From positions 1-64,000 of the forward strand of contig JAQGDQ010000635.1 of NCBI GenBank assembly GCA_030141605.1: a DNA stretch of 64,000 nucleotides, written 5' to 3'. This stretch comes from Tubiluchus corallicola. Lineage: Eukaryota > Animalia > Priapulida. Made by a program: the position numbers and the translations under genes. The notes beneath the pieces were generated by a model. It had not been told where the DNA came from. It worked only from the letters and a program-made list of their open reading frames with translations, and searched no databases. This document shows, one piece after another, positions 11,911 to 23,504 of this stretch; positions within the stretch are counted from its first letter, which is position 1, and every line of letters starts with the position of its first letter.

Positions 11911-14441
11911 CAAGGACTACTATACTACAGGACGTGCACGCTGAAATCTCTGATTCGGCTAGCGGAGGCGATCAATACTTGCATGAACGTAGTCTATAAA
12001 TAGTGCGCTTTAGAGAGTAGTGATATTGGAAATTAAAGAATGGGCGAATCGGTAGATAGCGAGTATTATTTATCATTTAATTGGTTCTTTACATTACGGG
12101 AGAAAAGTACCAATTGTTTATTTTATGTATCAAAGGAAATTAGTGTTCATTTTTACTTCTTAAATAGCGCACTACTTTAGGCGTAAGTGTGTTTTACCGG
12201 AAGTAGTGCTTTGTCATTGTTAATGTGTCTGCTTGTGTTTGTTTCTTTGTGGATTATTTTCAAAATTTCTGGTGGATTTTATACATCTGTGCTCAGCAGC
12301 ATGCCTAACAAGTGTGGTGTTGTTAAATGCAAAGGTAACTATGACACGGAGAACAAGGGTCGTGTGTTCAGACTGCCAAGAGATCATGTAGAAAAACAGA
12401 AATGGCTAAGTGTTCTTCCCCCATGCGAAGGCTTTGTTGTTGATCCAACGAAATTTTTCATTTGCGAAAAGCATTGGCCATCGGATACTCAAATGGTCAA
12501 AATTCCAGGTGGTCACACCAGGCCAGTGGATCCACCCAGTATTTTCAACGTTCCAACATCATGCTTGCCCACTCCAAAGCCACCACCTCGCCCTCCAAAA
12601 ACTGAGGACCAGCAGCTGAATTATTTCTTTAAAAAGGATAAAATAACTTCTCTCAATGAATTCACTCCTGAGAAAGACCTGCGTAAGACGTATCAGAACC
12701 TCATTATATCTCGCACACAAGACAAATTTGTGTGCATGTTCATGGAAGAGGACCACAGTCAATGTTATATGTCAATTATTGTTCACAATAAGCCTACCTT
12801 GTGTTCCCCTCTTACTCTGTATGCTTTCAAAAACGGGATCAGTGTGCCATTAAGTAAAATCCTCAGTCCGAACAATGGGCTGTCCTCTTACTCACAATTT
12901 TTCGCGGTTGTGAATTCTGTTGTCAACCACATTCATCATGTTGATGATATTGTCAACAAAGTGACAAAGTCTCTTGAACTTGAACTAGCTCAAAATCGAG
13001 AACAATCTCCTAGTGTTAATGCTAAAGCCAAGAAGCTCAAATTTCTAACACGACAGCTTCGACTATTATGTGATAAGACTTTCACAGTGTCTGATTATTG
13101 CTTTGCAATAGAGTCATTTCCCCATTGCAATTACGAACAACTGCGTGACTTTTTAGTGTTACCCAGCAAAAGAAAGCTGCAGTCAGTTAATTCATCGACA
13201 GATATTGACAAGGTGCTAGGTAAAACATTTCAGAAAGTGAAAAGCTCTGAGCAGAAACACTGTATGCTATTGGTGGATGAAGTGAAAATACGCCCAACAG
13301 TGGCTTTTTCAGGGGGTGTGCTAAATGGCATGGCAAAAAATGAGCCAGACAGTAAAGCTACATCAATGCTATGTGTTACTATTATTTCACTACGTATGAT
13401 TGCGTGAACTTCAAAGTGACAGAATAGAGGGTGAGTTCTCAGTTTACAGGCAGTCAAGGGGGGCCAATGCATTCATGCAAGCTGGAGATGTCTGTTCAGC
13501 ATTCAAGCGGAGACTGGCGCGTTTTTCTGCATCATTCCTGGAGTTTGTGGACACAGACACATCATCCGAAATCCAGTTGCACACATGCAATGGGATTGAT
13601 TTCGAGGATGCCAAAATTATGGAGATTTGTGTTGACGAGACTCTTTCCAAAACTGAACTGAACGCGTGTGCATATGTCCCAGGTTGGTTGGAGAGTAAGT
13701 GCCAAAATGACATTTCTTTTCCCGAGGATGAGCCCCTCCTTTCTGAGGAAATGAAAATGTTCATTGAAGAAGTGTCTAGGGGAGGTCTTACAGTGCCCCA
13801 CACATTCACGTTCGAATTCGTAACAACTGGCTTGTGTTTTGTGAAGAAGTCAACTCACACAGTCTGCTGCTGCAACAAGCTCATGAACATCCTCTCCATA
13901 ATCAATGCCTACTTTGATTTTGGCGAATTTTCAAGAAATGCTCTGAGACGCCTGGCGAATGTACTGCTGCATGGACTACACAATTTGGAGAAGGATCACC
14001 AGCAGAACTCAGCCCTTTACCAGACCTCCATTAAGAAGGCTCGACTAGCCGACTAATTGTCGCAAACATCTCTGCAAAATGGTGAGTGCAATAATTTCAT
14101 GTATTCTAATTTACACAGAGGAACCTATGAATGAGTTTATATAGTCCTGACAAAATGGTGCAGTCTGTTTATTCTCTATAGAAAGTGACAGGTAATCTTC
14201 GGGACACAATGAGTTGCAGATATGGTGTGTTTTTTTTGGGGGGGGGGGGATATCATAGGTACCACTGTTTTTAAATTACTAGATGAATGAGGAATATGTT
14301 CTATGTGTTTTGTGGCATGCTATAGGTCACCATGGGGAGTAAATATGTCCAAATTATTAGCACTAAATGTTAAAAATAGATCGCCTCCGCTAGCCGAATC
14401 AAAGATTTCAGCGTGCACGTCCTGTAGTATAGTAGTTCTTG
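11911..14441 (+). mobile_element. P-element superfamily DNA transposon, internally deleted
   Basis: 63-bp TIRs (11911-11973 / 14379-14441, 2 mismatches) starting CAAG; 8-bp TSD CATTATTA/CATTACTA; THAP transposase remnants inside. Confidence 0.92.
12301..14056 (+). pseudogene. THAP-domain P-type transposase with the catalytic core deleted
   Basis: ORF from ATG 12301 carries the THAP motif (C-x4-C...FRLP...W...ICEKHW...PSIF) and the first catalytic-Asp motif LLVDEVKI. It breaks at ~13380-13400 into a different frame with LQSDRIEGEFSVYRQ (catalytic Glu motif) and AYVPGW. Confidence 0.88.
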
Positions 14442-14447
14442 CATTAC

Positions 14448-14480
<33 letters not shown>

Positions 14481-14545
14481 TACTATTATTATTATTATCA
14501 TTATTATTATTATTATTATTACTATTATCATTATTATTATCATTA

Positions 14546-14588
<43 letters not shown>

Positions 14589-14739
14589 CATTATCATTAT
14601 CATTATCATTATCATTATCATTATCATTATCATTATCATTATCATTATCATTATCATTATCATTATCATTATCATTATCATTATCATTATCATTATCATT
14701 ATCATTATCATTATCATTATCATTATCATTATCATTATC

Positions 14740-14771
<32 letters not shown>

Positions 14772-14825
14772 CATTATCATTATCTTTATTATTATCATTA
14801 TTTATTGTTATTAATATTATTATTA
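14442..14825. repeat. (ATT)n/(CATTAT)n microsatellite, right flank of the P element
   Basis: Read directly from sequence. Confidence 0.95.
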
Positions 14826-16213
14826 AAAACTTGATACTCAAAGTTGAAGGCAGAAAATGTGGAAAGTTGAGATATTCTACAGCCTGGGCTTGAACCAAGG
14901 ACTTCTGTGCAAAAAAACAGAAGGTTTAGCCATTAAGCCACATGGTCCACTGTGTCCCACAGCCAACACAGTCAAGTGTTCATCCCTTCTAGCTGGACTA
15001 TTGAATTCAGCATATTCAACGTGAATTCTCCGCTCACACTAATCATATTATAATTAGTTAATTAATTAATTAAATTAATTAATTAGAATCTCACTAGTGC
15101 GAGCGATCTGATATCGTATTTGCTGAGTTTGATTAGCCAGCTACAAGCTATAAGCATTGGACTGCCATGCTGACTAAATCGCTATATATATGGAGGTCTA
15201 AACGCGTACCTTATAAACAGAAGGCCTCTGGTTCAAATACAGGACGTACCCCAACTTTTCACATTTGTCTTTCAAATTCAGTATCAAAATTAATTGTGAA
15301 TTTGTTCTACAGCAGTTTTTGTCAATTTATTGGCTACATAATCAGAAAACGGAAAATTAACTGCAACCAAAAAGCAGCCCAGCGCGATATACCAGTGATG
15401 CCACGCTAAAGCTTTTACACGTCGTACCTCGTTACTAATATTTTTCATCTGCAAAGTATAATGCATTCAAGTAAGTTATGCACAAAGCTATGATTTGAGC
15501 TTAAGATAAAAAATGCTTCAGGGAATAATCCAGTTTTTTCATTACCGCCTGACTTGCTCACAGCGAGGTCACACATGCGCAGTTTCGTTCCTCACGTGAC
15601 GTCACTTCCGTTTGCTTCCACGATTTTTCGTTTTTCGCAAGATGTCTGTGCGGCGCTAAATTTGAAGTGGTTCAATGCTAACCAAAGCAAAATTCGCAAG
15701 TTTGTAAAGAAGCTTTTTTGTATCAGGCTGTAAATTTTGACATCAAGTATCTACCTATCTTCCATTGAATACCAATGTATCCCGTGGGATACAGGCTATA
15801 TTTAGCACGCGGACACAGGTAGAAAAAAAAATAATTATTATGCGTAAACAAGATGGACATACTGAACAAAACAAAGCCAAAAAAATTTTTTTATTAAAAA
15901 AATAATTTGGGACTAAAAGGGTAAATTTTAATAAATAGTTCACCCTATCAAATTGCTTCAAATGTAGATTTTTTGAGAAATCATCTCTGTATCACTCTGT
16001 ATCTTTAATATACTCTCACCTTTGTAAGCAATCTAAAGCTGAATTACACATCCATTGAAAGGTGTACCTTAATCTTTTCAGTACTAAATTGTTTTTAAAT
16101 TACTTCCATCCCGTGTCGGGAGCCGCTCTGCTTTCTTCGCGTGTATGTGGCGCCATCAGGTAGCGTTAATAAAAAACTAAAACGCGCGTGGCATGTAAAT
16201 TTACACCTACAGG

Positions 16214-17265
16214 TAGGGTTGCCAGACGCCCGTTATATACGGGACATGTCCCATATTTGATAATTTTGTTTTAACTTTATAAGTAATTAGACCGTCTTTT
16301 CTCAGATTCTCTTGATGAAAATAACCCAAATTTAACGAGAAAAGTAGTGCGGCTACAAGTTTGCACAAAATTTACGTGCCTGCTGCCTAATTTTCCTAAA
16401 GTTACATTTTTATACTGTCTTTATTGAACAAAAATTTTGCAATGGTCTCAGTTTCTCAGAATTTCCTTTAGTTTTCCATATTGCCTGCATTAAGAAATAA
16501 TAATGTTTTTCTGTTATTTGTATTAAATAATTACTTTCAAATGATTTCACGTTTACAGAATTTTTTGCTTGTATTAAATAATTTTCAAATAATTTTACTT
16601 TTGTTTACCTCATATCACATTAAAATCCTTGCATTTTGTTTTTAACTTATGTCTCTACTTTTATGTAAAATATTGGTCTGGTTGTATAGGCACGTGTAAA
16701 TTTATATGTATATAGTAATATATATACATATACAGACTTTAAGAGTTTCCTGTTTTCATATTTTAAATTTTCTAATCTGGCAACCCTATGTTGTGGAGAT
16801 CGCTGGCATCTATTAGAATTACATAGAACATTGTAGAATGTTTCGTTAGAATAATCGTCTTACCGTGTAGAATGTTCTGGAACAAAACTTCTAGAAGCTT
16901 CTCAGGCTCGCTATATAAGGCGAAGCAGGCCGCTGACAGACACACGCAGATTTCGCACAGACGTATACTTACCTATTCTGTTGTATACTTGTATTTTCAG
17001 ATATATTTAAACGTTTTCCAGATTTTCACGTTTATTGTAATCATTTCAACGTTCCTTCATACTTTTGTGTTGTAGAACTCTCGCTAAATAAAGTAGTTTT
17101 ATTTGACGGCGTGTTTTCTGGTTTTCTCTACGAGCCTTCCGAGAGAAACAAAACACAACAGTCTGGTTGTATAGGCACGTGTAAATTTATATGTATATAG
17201 TAATATATAAACAGACTTTGAGTTTGCTGTTTTCGTATTTTTAATTTTCTAATCTGGCAACCCTA
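16214..17265. mobile_element. hAT-type MITE with duplicated right end
   Basis: TAGGGTTGCCAGA ... TCTGGCAACCCTA TIRs; flanks CCTACAGG/CCTGCAGG; the right TIR occurs twice (ending 16788 and 17265). Confidence 0.8.
16789..17160 (+). mobile_element. Solo LTR (372 bp)
   Basis: TGTTGTG...CACAACA inverted ends; TATATAAGG at ~16912; AATAAA at ~17087. Confidence 0.8.
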
Positions 17266-18698
17266 CCTGCAGGTAAATCATCACAGGCTTACATTGATTC
17301 GTAATATACGTGTTGTGTATAAAAGAAAAACCAAATGTGTGATTAAAATAAAATTATCACCATAAAAGGTTTATTAATCAATTTGTACCAATATTTACAA
17401 AACATTTCCCTTACTGACAACAACATAAACAATATTTTTACGATCATAACATTATTTTTACATAACAATACAAATGGTGTTATGTATGCACTAAACAAAT
17501 ACATATGGTCAACAGGCACTACGTTTATCACAGATTTAGCTATTTGTGTAGCTATATATTCATCTAAGCAATGATCGTTAACAATCATACAATGGTAATT
17601 TGGTTTTCTATCACAAAACTATAAAACACTCGACGCATTTACCGGTAACCAGGGAGGGACTATGCCCTTTTGGGGCCCTTCAGATGGAGCCACCACACCT
17701 GTCTTAAATATTTTTTACTTTTTTAGCAACATTTATGTAGCTTGAAGTAAATTTATTGCAAATTCTTTAAAAAAACTAAAATAGCTATCTTTTGCTTGTC
17801 AATAAAAATATTCTTTAAAAAATGCCACTATTTTCTTATATACTGCAAATCAAATTAGCACATATCTCAACACAACCATAACGAAAAAACACATTTTTTA
17901 TCAAATGTTACCAAAGCTTGACGGGCCTAGGCTACATCCTATACTAGCCTATACGATAATCTGACCCTCACGGTCACAATTACAGAACTACAGCCTAACT
18001 TGCAGCCTTTGTCCACAGGCACGATTCCCACTAAAAATGTACAAAAGTGCAAAATGGTACAACTGGCTTCTTTCGAATAAATGTACAAGTACTGTTGTAC
18101 GTATGATGATAATTGATCGTGCAAAATAACCTAGCTAACATTAATTTATTATTACATTTTTTTAGCTTAACAGTATATGCATTCAGAATAATAGATACAG
18201 CCATAAGCACACATGTTTTAACCCTTAGGAAACAAAAGCAGGGTAAAAGATTAACTCATTTACCAAATTGCAATATTTGCTCAGATTTTTTATACTGATG
18301 CATTAATGTGTTTATATTTACATCTAACGCTTATGTTATTTTTAGAATGTCGCTAAACCAAATTTGAATTTGCCACCCACTCATTATGAGTTTAACAACA
18401 GGAAGTTTCCCGTGGTGCAAAGAAACTAAATCTTATATAGTTTCCAACTACATAAAAGCAGCTCCACGATCCGCTCATAAAAAACATATGTTAAAATCGA
18501 AACTTCATGAACAACAAAAATGTGTGCACATATGTTAATTTTCCCGATGACACAACAATTGTATCAAAGCAGGATTTGTGTAAATTTTTGCATTTTGAGC
18601 GACAGAAACATTTGCATCAACCGATTATTACAAAATCGCGAAATTTTCTTGTTATCACATTGTACTTTTGAAAATGCCATTTACTTTGGCAATGCTGG

Positions 18699-18735
18699 CT
18701 ATCGTATGTGGTTGTTCCTGACCACCACAGCTATC
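18699..18735 (-). CDS. Terminal coding exon of the same gene
   Basis: ttttttggctatgtag|G acceptor is phase-compatible and completes the TM helix: ..VVIAVVVRNNHIR-TAG. Confidence 0.65.
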
Positions 18736-19007
18736 CTACATAGCCAAAAAACTAAATACTAATGCTAGGTCAATAGCTAATAGTTTAAGCTACCAGCAAA
18801 TTGAAAGTTTCTAATTCAGACTTTGCACTACAGAGTTTTGAATACCACGCTCACAAAAATGCAAGTATGCGAAAGATATGAGTATATTTATCACATATGT
18901 AAACTTATTGTTATTTTTTATTGCATCTGATTCTGCACCTCCCAATGATTTGTTAAACCTCAGTAGCCAGTTAATGTTGGGCAAAGAGCAACGTAAAGCT
19001 TGCTCAC

Positions 19008-19885
19008 ACGACCATTGCGAAAAACAGGCACGCTAACGTTACGAACAACATCAACAGTTTCTGTGCCGTTTTGGAGAACCACGGATACGGTTTCTTATTG
19101 TCGATTTCACCGGGAGAAAACACGTCGTTCATGAGGTCCATGAAAAAAGCACGGGTGGAGTCGTTCTCCAACTCCAGTAAGTCCCTCGTCAAAATCGACT
19201 GAGGACACTTATCTTTGCTTAATGCGGAACTTTGGTGTTTAACTGCCGACGAAGAGTCATGACGGATGTCTTCAGTTACTATATTTGACTTTAGTTTTGG
19301 TGATTTGGCAATTGACAACGAATACGTTGCTAAAGAAGTGGGAGTCTGTGTGGACTTCTCGGTCATTGGAAGTGATTTGTTTCGGTGGATTCTCCTCATG
19401 AAAGAATGTCGATTACGCTGTAGCTTTGCAAATGACTTTGAGGTGCAGAAATTTGGACCACCGTCCACATGTTTAAAGTGGTCCGGAAAACTGGCCCATG
19501 TCGAAGACCTGCAACAATTCCCTGTAGGTGTAAAATGAGGTAGAGGAGGATCGAGGTGAACATCATCTCCTTGGTCACTGGGCAAATAGAATCCACCGCC
19601 CTCTGCTGGCCGATCACCACCGGTTCGTTTAACACCGTAAACTTCCTCACGGTTAACGGATAAACTTTTGCCCACTAGATCGGCACCAACGAGCCTCTGC
19701 CATCTAGCACAACAAAACGACGAAGACCTCTGACTGCTGTACCTTGGTAGCAAAGTGCCGTTGGACGGCTGCTGGTTGTATTCCACCACCGTTGAAAGCG
19801 ACTCGCAGAAGGGATCCAAGATCGCGTGGTCATTATCACAGAAATTCACGAGGTCTTCAGGTACGCCGGGCGAATTTTGACATTT
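19008..19885 (-). CDS. Third (large) coding exon of the same gene
   Basis: tttttttcag|AAA acceptor, 878 nt open, GT|gtgagc donor (phase 2); Ser-rich middle followed by hydrophobic LLMLFVTLACLFFAMV. Confidence 0.8.
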
Positions 19886-21178
19886 CTGAAAAAAATGTTA
19901 AGCAAGTTAGAAGTTGTTGCAAAGTACGATAGCCACAAGAAATGGGAAAGGCTTGTTCTCCTGTCCAGACACAGAAAAATGAAACTGTCACAAACAGGTA
20001 TGTCCGTCGACCATGAAACTTGATGCAAGTTAACTAGCCAGTCATAAAACTGCTTTAATATTTTCAACAGTTTGAATGGAAGTTGCAAACATGAATATAG
20101 AAATGGTTACTAAGAAACTGTCTCTTCCACAACAACATTTGAAAAAAATGAAAAAAGTCAATGAGAATGATTTAGTACCACGCAGACATTAAAAGATCGT
20201 GGATTTCTTGACGTATATTATTATTATTATTATTATTATATCTTTTATAATATAAGACAGCTGTAATATAATATAATTAATACAGATCTGTGACATTAAT
20301 AATATTACATCATATATATATATATATATATATCTATATATATATATGATATCGGTTTTATATATGTATAAAACCGATGAGTCTACAGCTCGGACGGCGG
20401 CACCATTTGCAGCAATCTATACATCAAACGAAAGGTCTGGACCCACAGATTTGCCATTGGGAGGAATGGGGGGAACTCTAAAATGCCCATTTTTTGCAAA
20501 ACTTATACCAAAAGATTAATATATAGGATATTATGTCTGTAATATTAATAATATTACATTATTATTATTATATTATATCTCAAAATGTTGCTAGTTAAAT
20601 ATATTCAAATGAAGGCTCAGAATTGCCTAGTTTAATATTCATGCAATGTGAAAAGGAATGAACTGTTAAAGCAAAGGACAAGTCTTCTGGAAGCTTGAGG
20701 ATTTAATAATAAAAGTGCGATAAGCGCCTTGTGTAATTAGTAAAATCACTTTAAAGTCGCGATCATTTCACGCTACCATTTTGAACGCCCATTTTTCCAC
20801 CAGCGATGTCGTGAAGAAAATGAGCTGTCCATATCCGTCGAAAGTAAACAGTAATAAGTAATTAGATGGCTAATTTTGTGAAATTTTGGCATGAATGTTA
20901 GGTAAGCTGCAAAAGTTTGAATTAGTTTAAGCAGCGTGTGCTCACAGAAAGCCACAATGTGCTTGCGAAAAGTCACGAAGTCCAAGAGTAACATCTAGCA
21001 TTCAAGTGAATGGCAGCTACCACCATGACTGAAAATTTCTACACAGCGATAGTATAAATTAACTTTATGCTTTGTGAACAGTTTTTTGCAAATTTCTTTG
21101 TCATATTTTTATAAGTTTTAGTGATAACAGTAAAATGAACTCAACATGCTAAGTGACTTGTCCTTTCCATTAAAAACT

Positions 21179-21648
21179 GTTGTTGGCATCCTTCTGTCTC
21201 GGAAGACAATGGAGTGTGCAGAGTCTCCAGGGCGCCAACAGAGTCTCCAGGGCGCACGCCTGGGTAAGGTGTATTGAGACAGGGCCTATTTCAGGGGGGG
21301 GGGTAAGTGAGGATACTTCCCCGGGGCCTCACCCTCCAGGGGGGCCTCGCGCCGAGGTAACATTTTTTTGCTTTATGCGAACATTCAATTGTTCTTTCCT
21401 TTAACAACTTATTAACTCCATATTTTCTGTTCGAAAATGCTTCTCCGGCATTCTAGCAGTTCACTGGTGCTTCCCCCCCCCGCCCCACTTCCCCGGGCCT
21501 CGCTTAGGCTGAAGTAGGCCCTGTATGGAGATCCTGAGTTGCCCAGACAACAGGAACCCCCTCTCTTCCTCCCTGGTGTAGTTCAAAGGAAAGTGGCACC
21601 AGGTTGACTGCAAGAGCTGCCGGAGTCAGTGAACATGCTGCACTGAGC
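21179..21648 (-). mobile_element. 5'-truncated copy of the SINE at 55945-56381, interrupted by a MITE
   Basis: Matches ~55949-56116 (GTTGTTGGCATCCTTCTGTC ... GAGCTGCCGGAGTCAGTGA) on both sides of the MITE. Confidence 0.85.
21280..21523. mobile_element. hAT-type MITE (same family as 5207-5474)
   Basis: CAGGGCCTATTTCA/TGAAGTAGGCCCTG TIRs; TSD TATTGAGA/TATGGAGA. Confidence 0.88.
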
Positions 21649-21676
21649 TCCCTTAAACTAGAGGCATAATTATTAC

Positions 21677-21913
21677 CTCACAGTAAGCCACAACTCCAGC
21701 ACCATTCATGTGAAGAAAGCAATGGCGCTGATGCCATGTCTTCAGACTACATCTTGAGGAATCCGTTGTCGCGTTACAGTGATGAAGTTGATGCATGAAG
21801 GTATCATATATTCTGAAAACGTCGTTGACCGTGTCCACATGTCCATGTCCGCTGTTGGTGCGCTTACGAGTTCCGTGAGTCGTCGAAGCGCTGTGAAGGA
21901 CGTTGACTAACTC
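21677..21913 (-). CDS. Second coding exon of the same gene
   Basis: ctttgcag|GAG ... GAG|gtaata; 237 nt, open, phase 0/0. Confidence 0.75.
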
Positions 21914-22000
21914 CTGCAAAGATGAAGAGTTTTTGTAATTAAACAGGTAATAATTGAAACAATGAAACTATTAATACTTAGAAGCTTAATAGCTTCCTAA

Positions 22001-22871
22001 AGGAAAATCAGGCTCAGTCTTAAACTACAGCCCAAAACAAACGTACAAAATATTGAAAGGCAATAATTTTTCATATCCTACTCCATTTTGAAGTACATTA
22101 AAAAGTATGCATTTTAACACCAACAAAAGAACGAAAACACTTATTTACAGTCGCTGGGACAACAGACAACATTAGCCATCGGTCACTATAAGCGACTCTT
22201 AACAATACAACAACACTGAGATGCCACAGAAAACAACTGTTTACGCTAATACAGGTGGTGATTCGAACTCGGGCTCCAAGCAGAGTAGCACCCACAGTCG
22301 ATTGCCTTGACCACTCGACCACCCGTATTGACACAATAATAATGCCAAAGCTTTTCCGACAATCAAATATTAGGTAAAAACTTAATTAACGGTAGACGAG
22401 CCTAAGTAGTGATGGCATCACAATTGAACATAATTTTAAACAACAAAAATATTCCATGAGCGTGTCGCTTGTGATTGAGCAATTGAAAATTGAAATAAAG
22501 TGTTACTGTACAACAGTCAGTAAGACATACAAAAATTCTGCAAATTTCAAGTTTAAGATTCAAATTTCATGAAAGTTTCTTGGGGTCTTGAACGTGTACA
22601 TTACGTCACAACTGAACCCCTAATAACTGAGAGGTACAGCACCTTTGTGCCACGCGTCTCTAAACTGCAGACGCTTGTGTCCGTCTAACTAGCGAATGGC
22701 AAAATGCACGTAACAGCGAAGAACTAGTCGGGTGAACGCGAAATAACGTTTCTGTGGTAATAATTGTTACACGAAAGTCATTCTTCGAAAATAGTATGTT
22801 TCTTTTGAATATATTATAGGGTAGATTGTTTTGAGTTTATTATTTTATTTAAGATTGGGCCCGGTTTTCCT
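22001..22871. mobile_element. Kolobok-like MITE carrying a tRNA-derived segment
   Basis: CTAA|AGGAAAATCAGGCTCAGTCTTAA ... TTAAGATTGGGCCCGGTTTTCCT|TTAA. Partial relatives at ~30690-31030, ~35520-36012, ~45240-45780 (inverted), ~58450-58750 (inverted) and ~63945-64000. Confidence 0.7.
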
Positions 22872-23399
22872 TTAAAAACAGCGTACTGACCAAAAACCGT
22901 TTAGCTGGAAAAAGCTAAAAGCAACTCAATTTTTAATTCTTTCAGCCAATAAATGCTGCTCGAGGAACAGCTAAGTAATATAGATTTGCACGGAAAGTTT
23001 TTTGGGTCATAATTTAACATTGCCTTTTCTTTACCTGATTTATGTTTGCCTAGTGACGTCATGTAATGGCGACTTCGGAACAGTATGGCGGGAGATTTAA
23101 AATGAAAACAAACAAAAAATACTTTCAACGCGAGTGCGACATGTGCATAAAATTGCTGTAAAGTAGTATAATTTTTAAGGCGATTTTTCTGAAACCTACT
23201 TCAGGTGCCTCTTTTCTTGTCCTTTAAGAGGCCGTAAAAGTTCCCAGAAAATATCAAGAGGTAGAGCTAACAGAGTGAAAAGAGTTGACAAAACCCCGTA
23301 AACTGTTCACTAACTAATTACTCCACTAATGGTTTACGAATGAAAATTTACAGGAAAACTTACAGGACAGCAAAGAAATGATACAAGCAAAAAACTTAC

Positions 23400-23504
23400 C
23401 CGGATAAAGTCTGGATTCGTATCCTGTAGTGCCCATTCCCTGCATTTTCCATTTTCCTGTAGCAATTGCTCGCTTAAGCATCGAGTTCCTTTAGCAAAAG
23501 TCAT
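23400..23504 (-). CDS. First coding exon of a four-exon C-terminally anchored membrane protein (MINAR1/KIAA1024-like candidate)
   Basis: tttacag| acceptor (exon begins 23512), ATG at 23504, CGG|gtaagt donor, 35 codons, phase 0. An additional upstream coding exon cannot be excluded. Confidence 0.65.

Noticed and set aside
12187-12300. Hydrophobic N-terminal extension on the THAP ORF
   Set aside because: Depends on a GTG start; THAP domains normally begin at the N-terminus, matching ATG 12301.
14880-15245. tRNA genes
   Set aside because: Only degenerate A/B-box-like motifs and no convincing cloverleaf; likely repeat-derived.
19008-19100. Polycystin-1-like TM segment (PWF...LFFAMV)
   Set aside because: A phase-compatible terminal exon ends the protein right after this helix, and no PLAT, GPS or channel exons are visible.
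19846-20088. Separate upstream ORF or frameshifted start for the 19004-19849 ORF
   Set aside because: A canonical acceptor at 19886/19885 joins the large exon in frame to exon 21677-21913, so most of this ORF is intronic.
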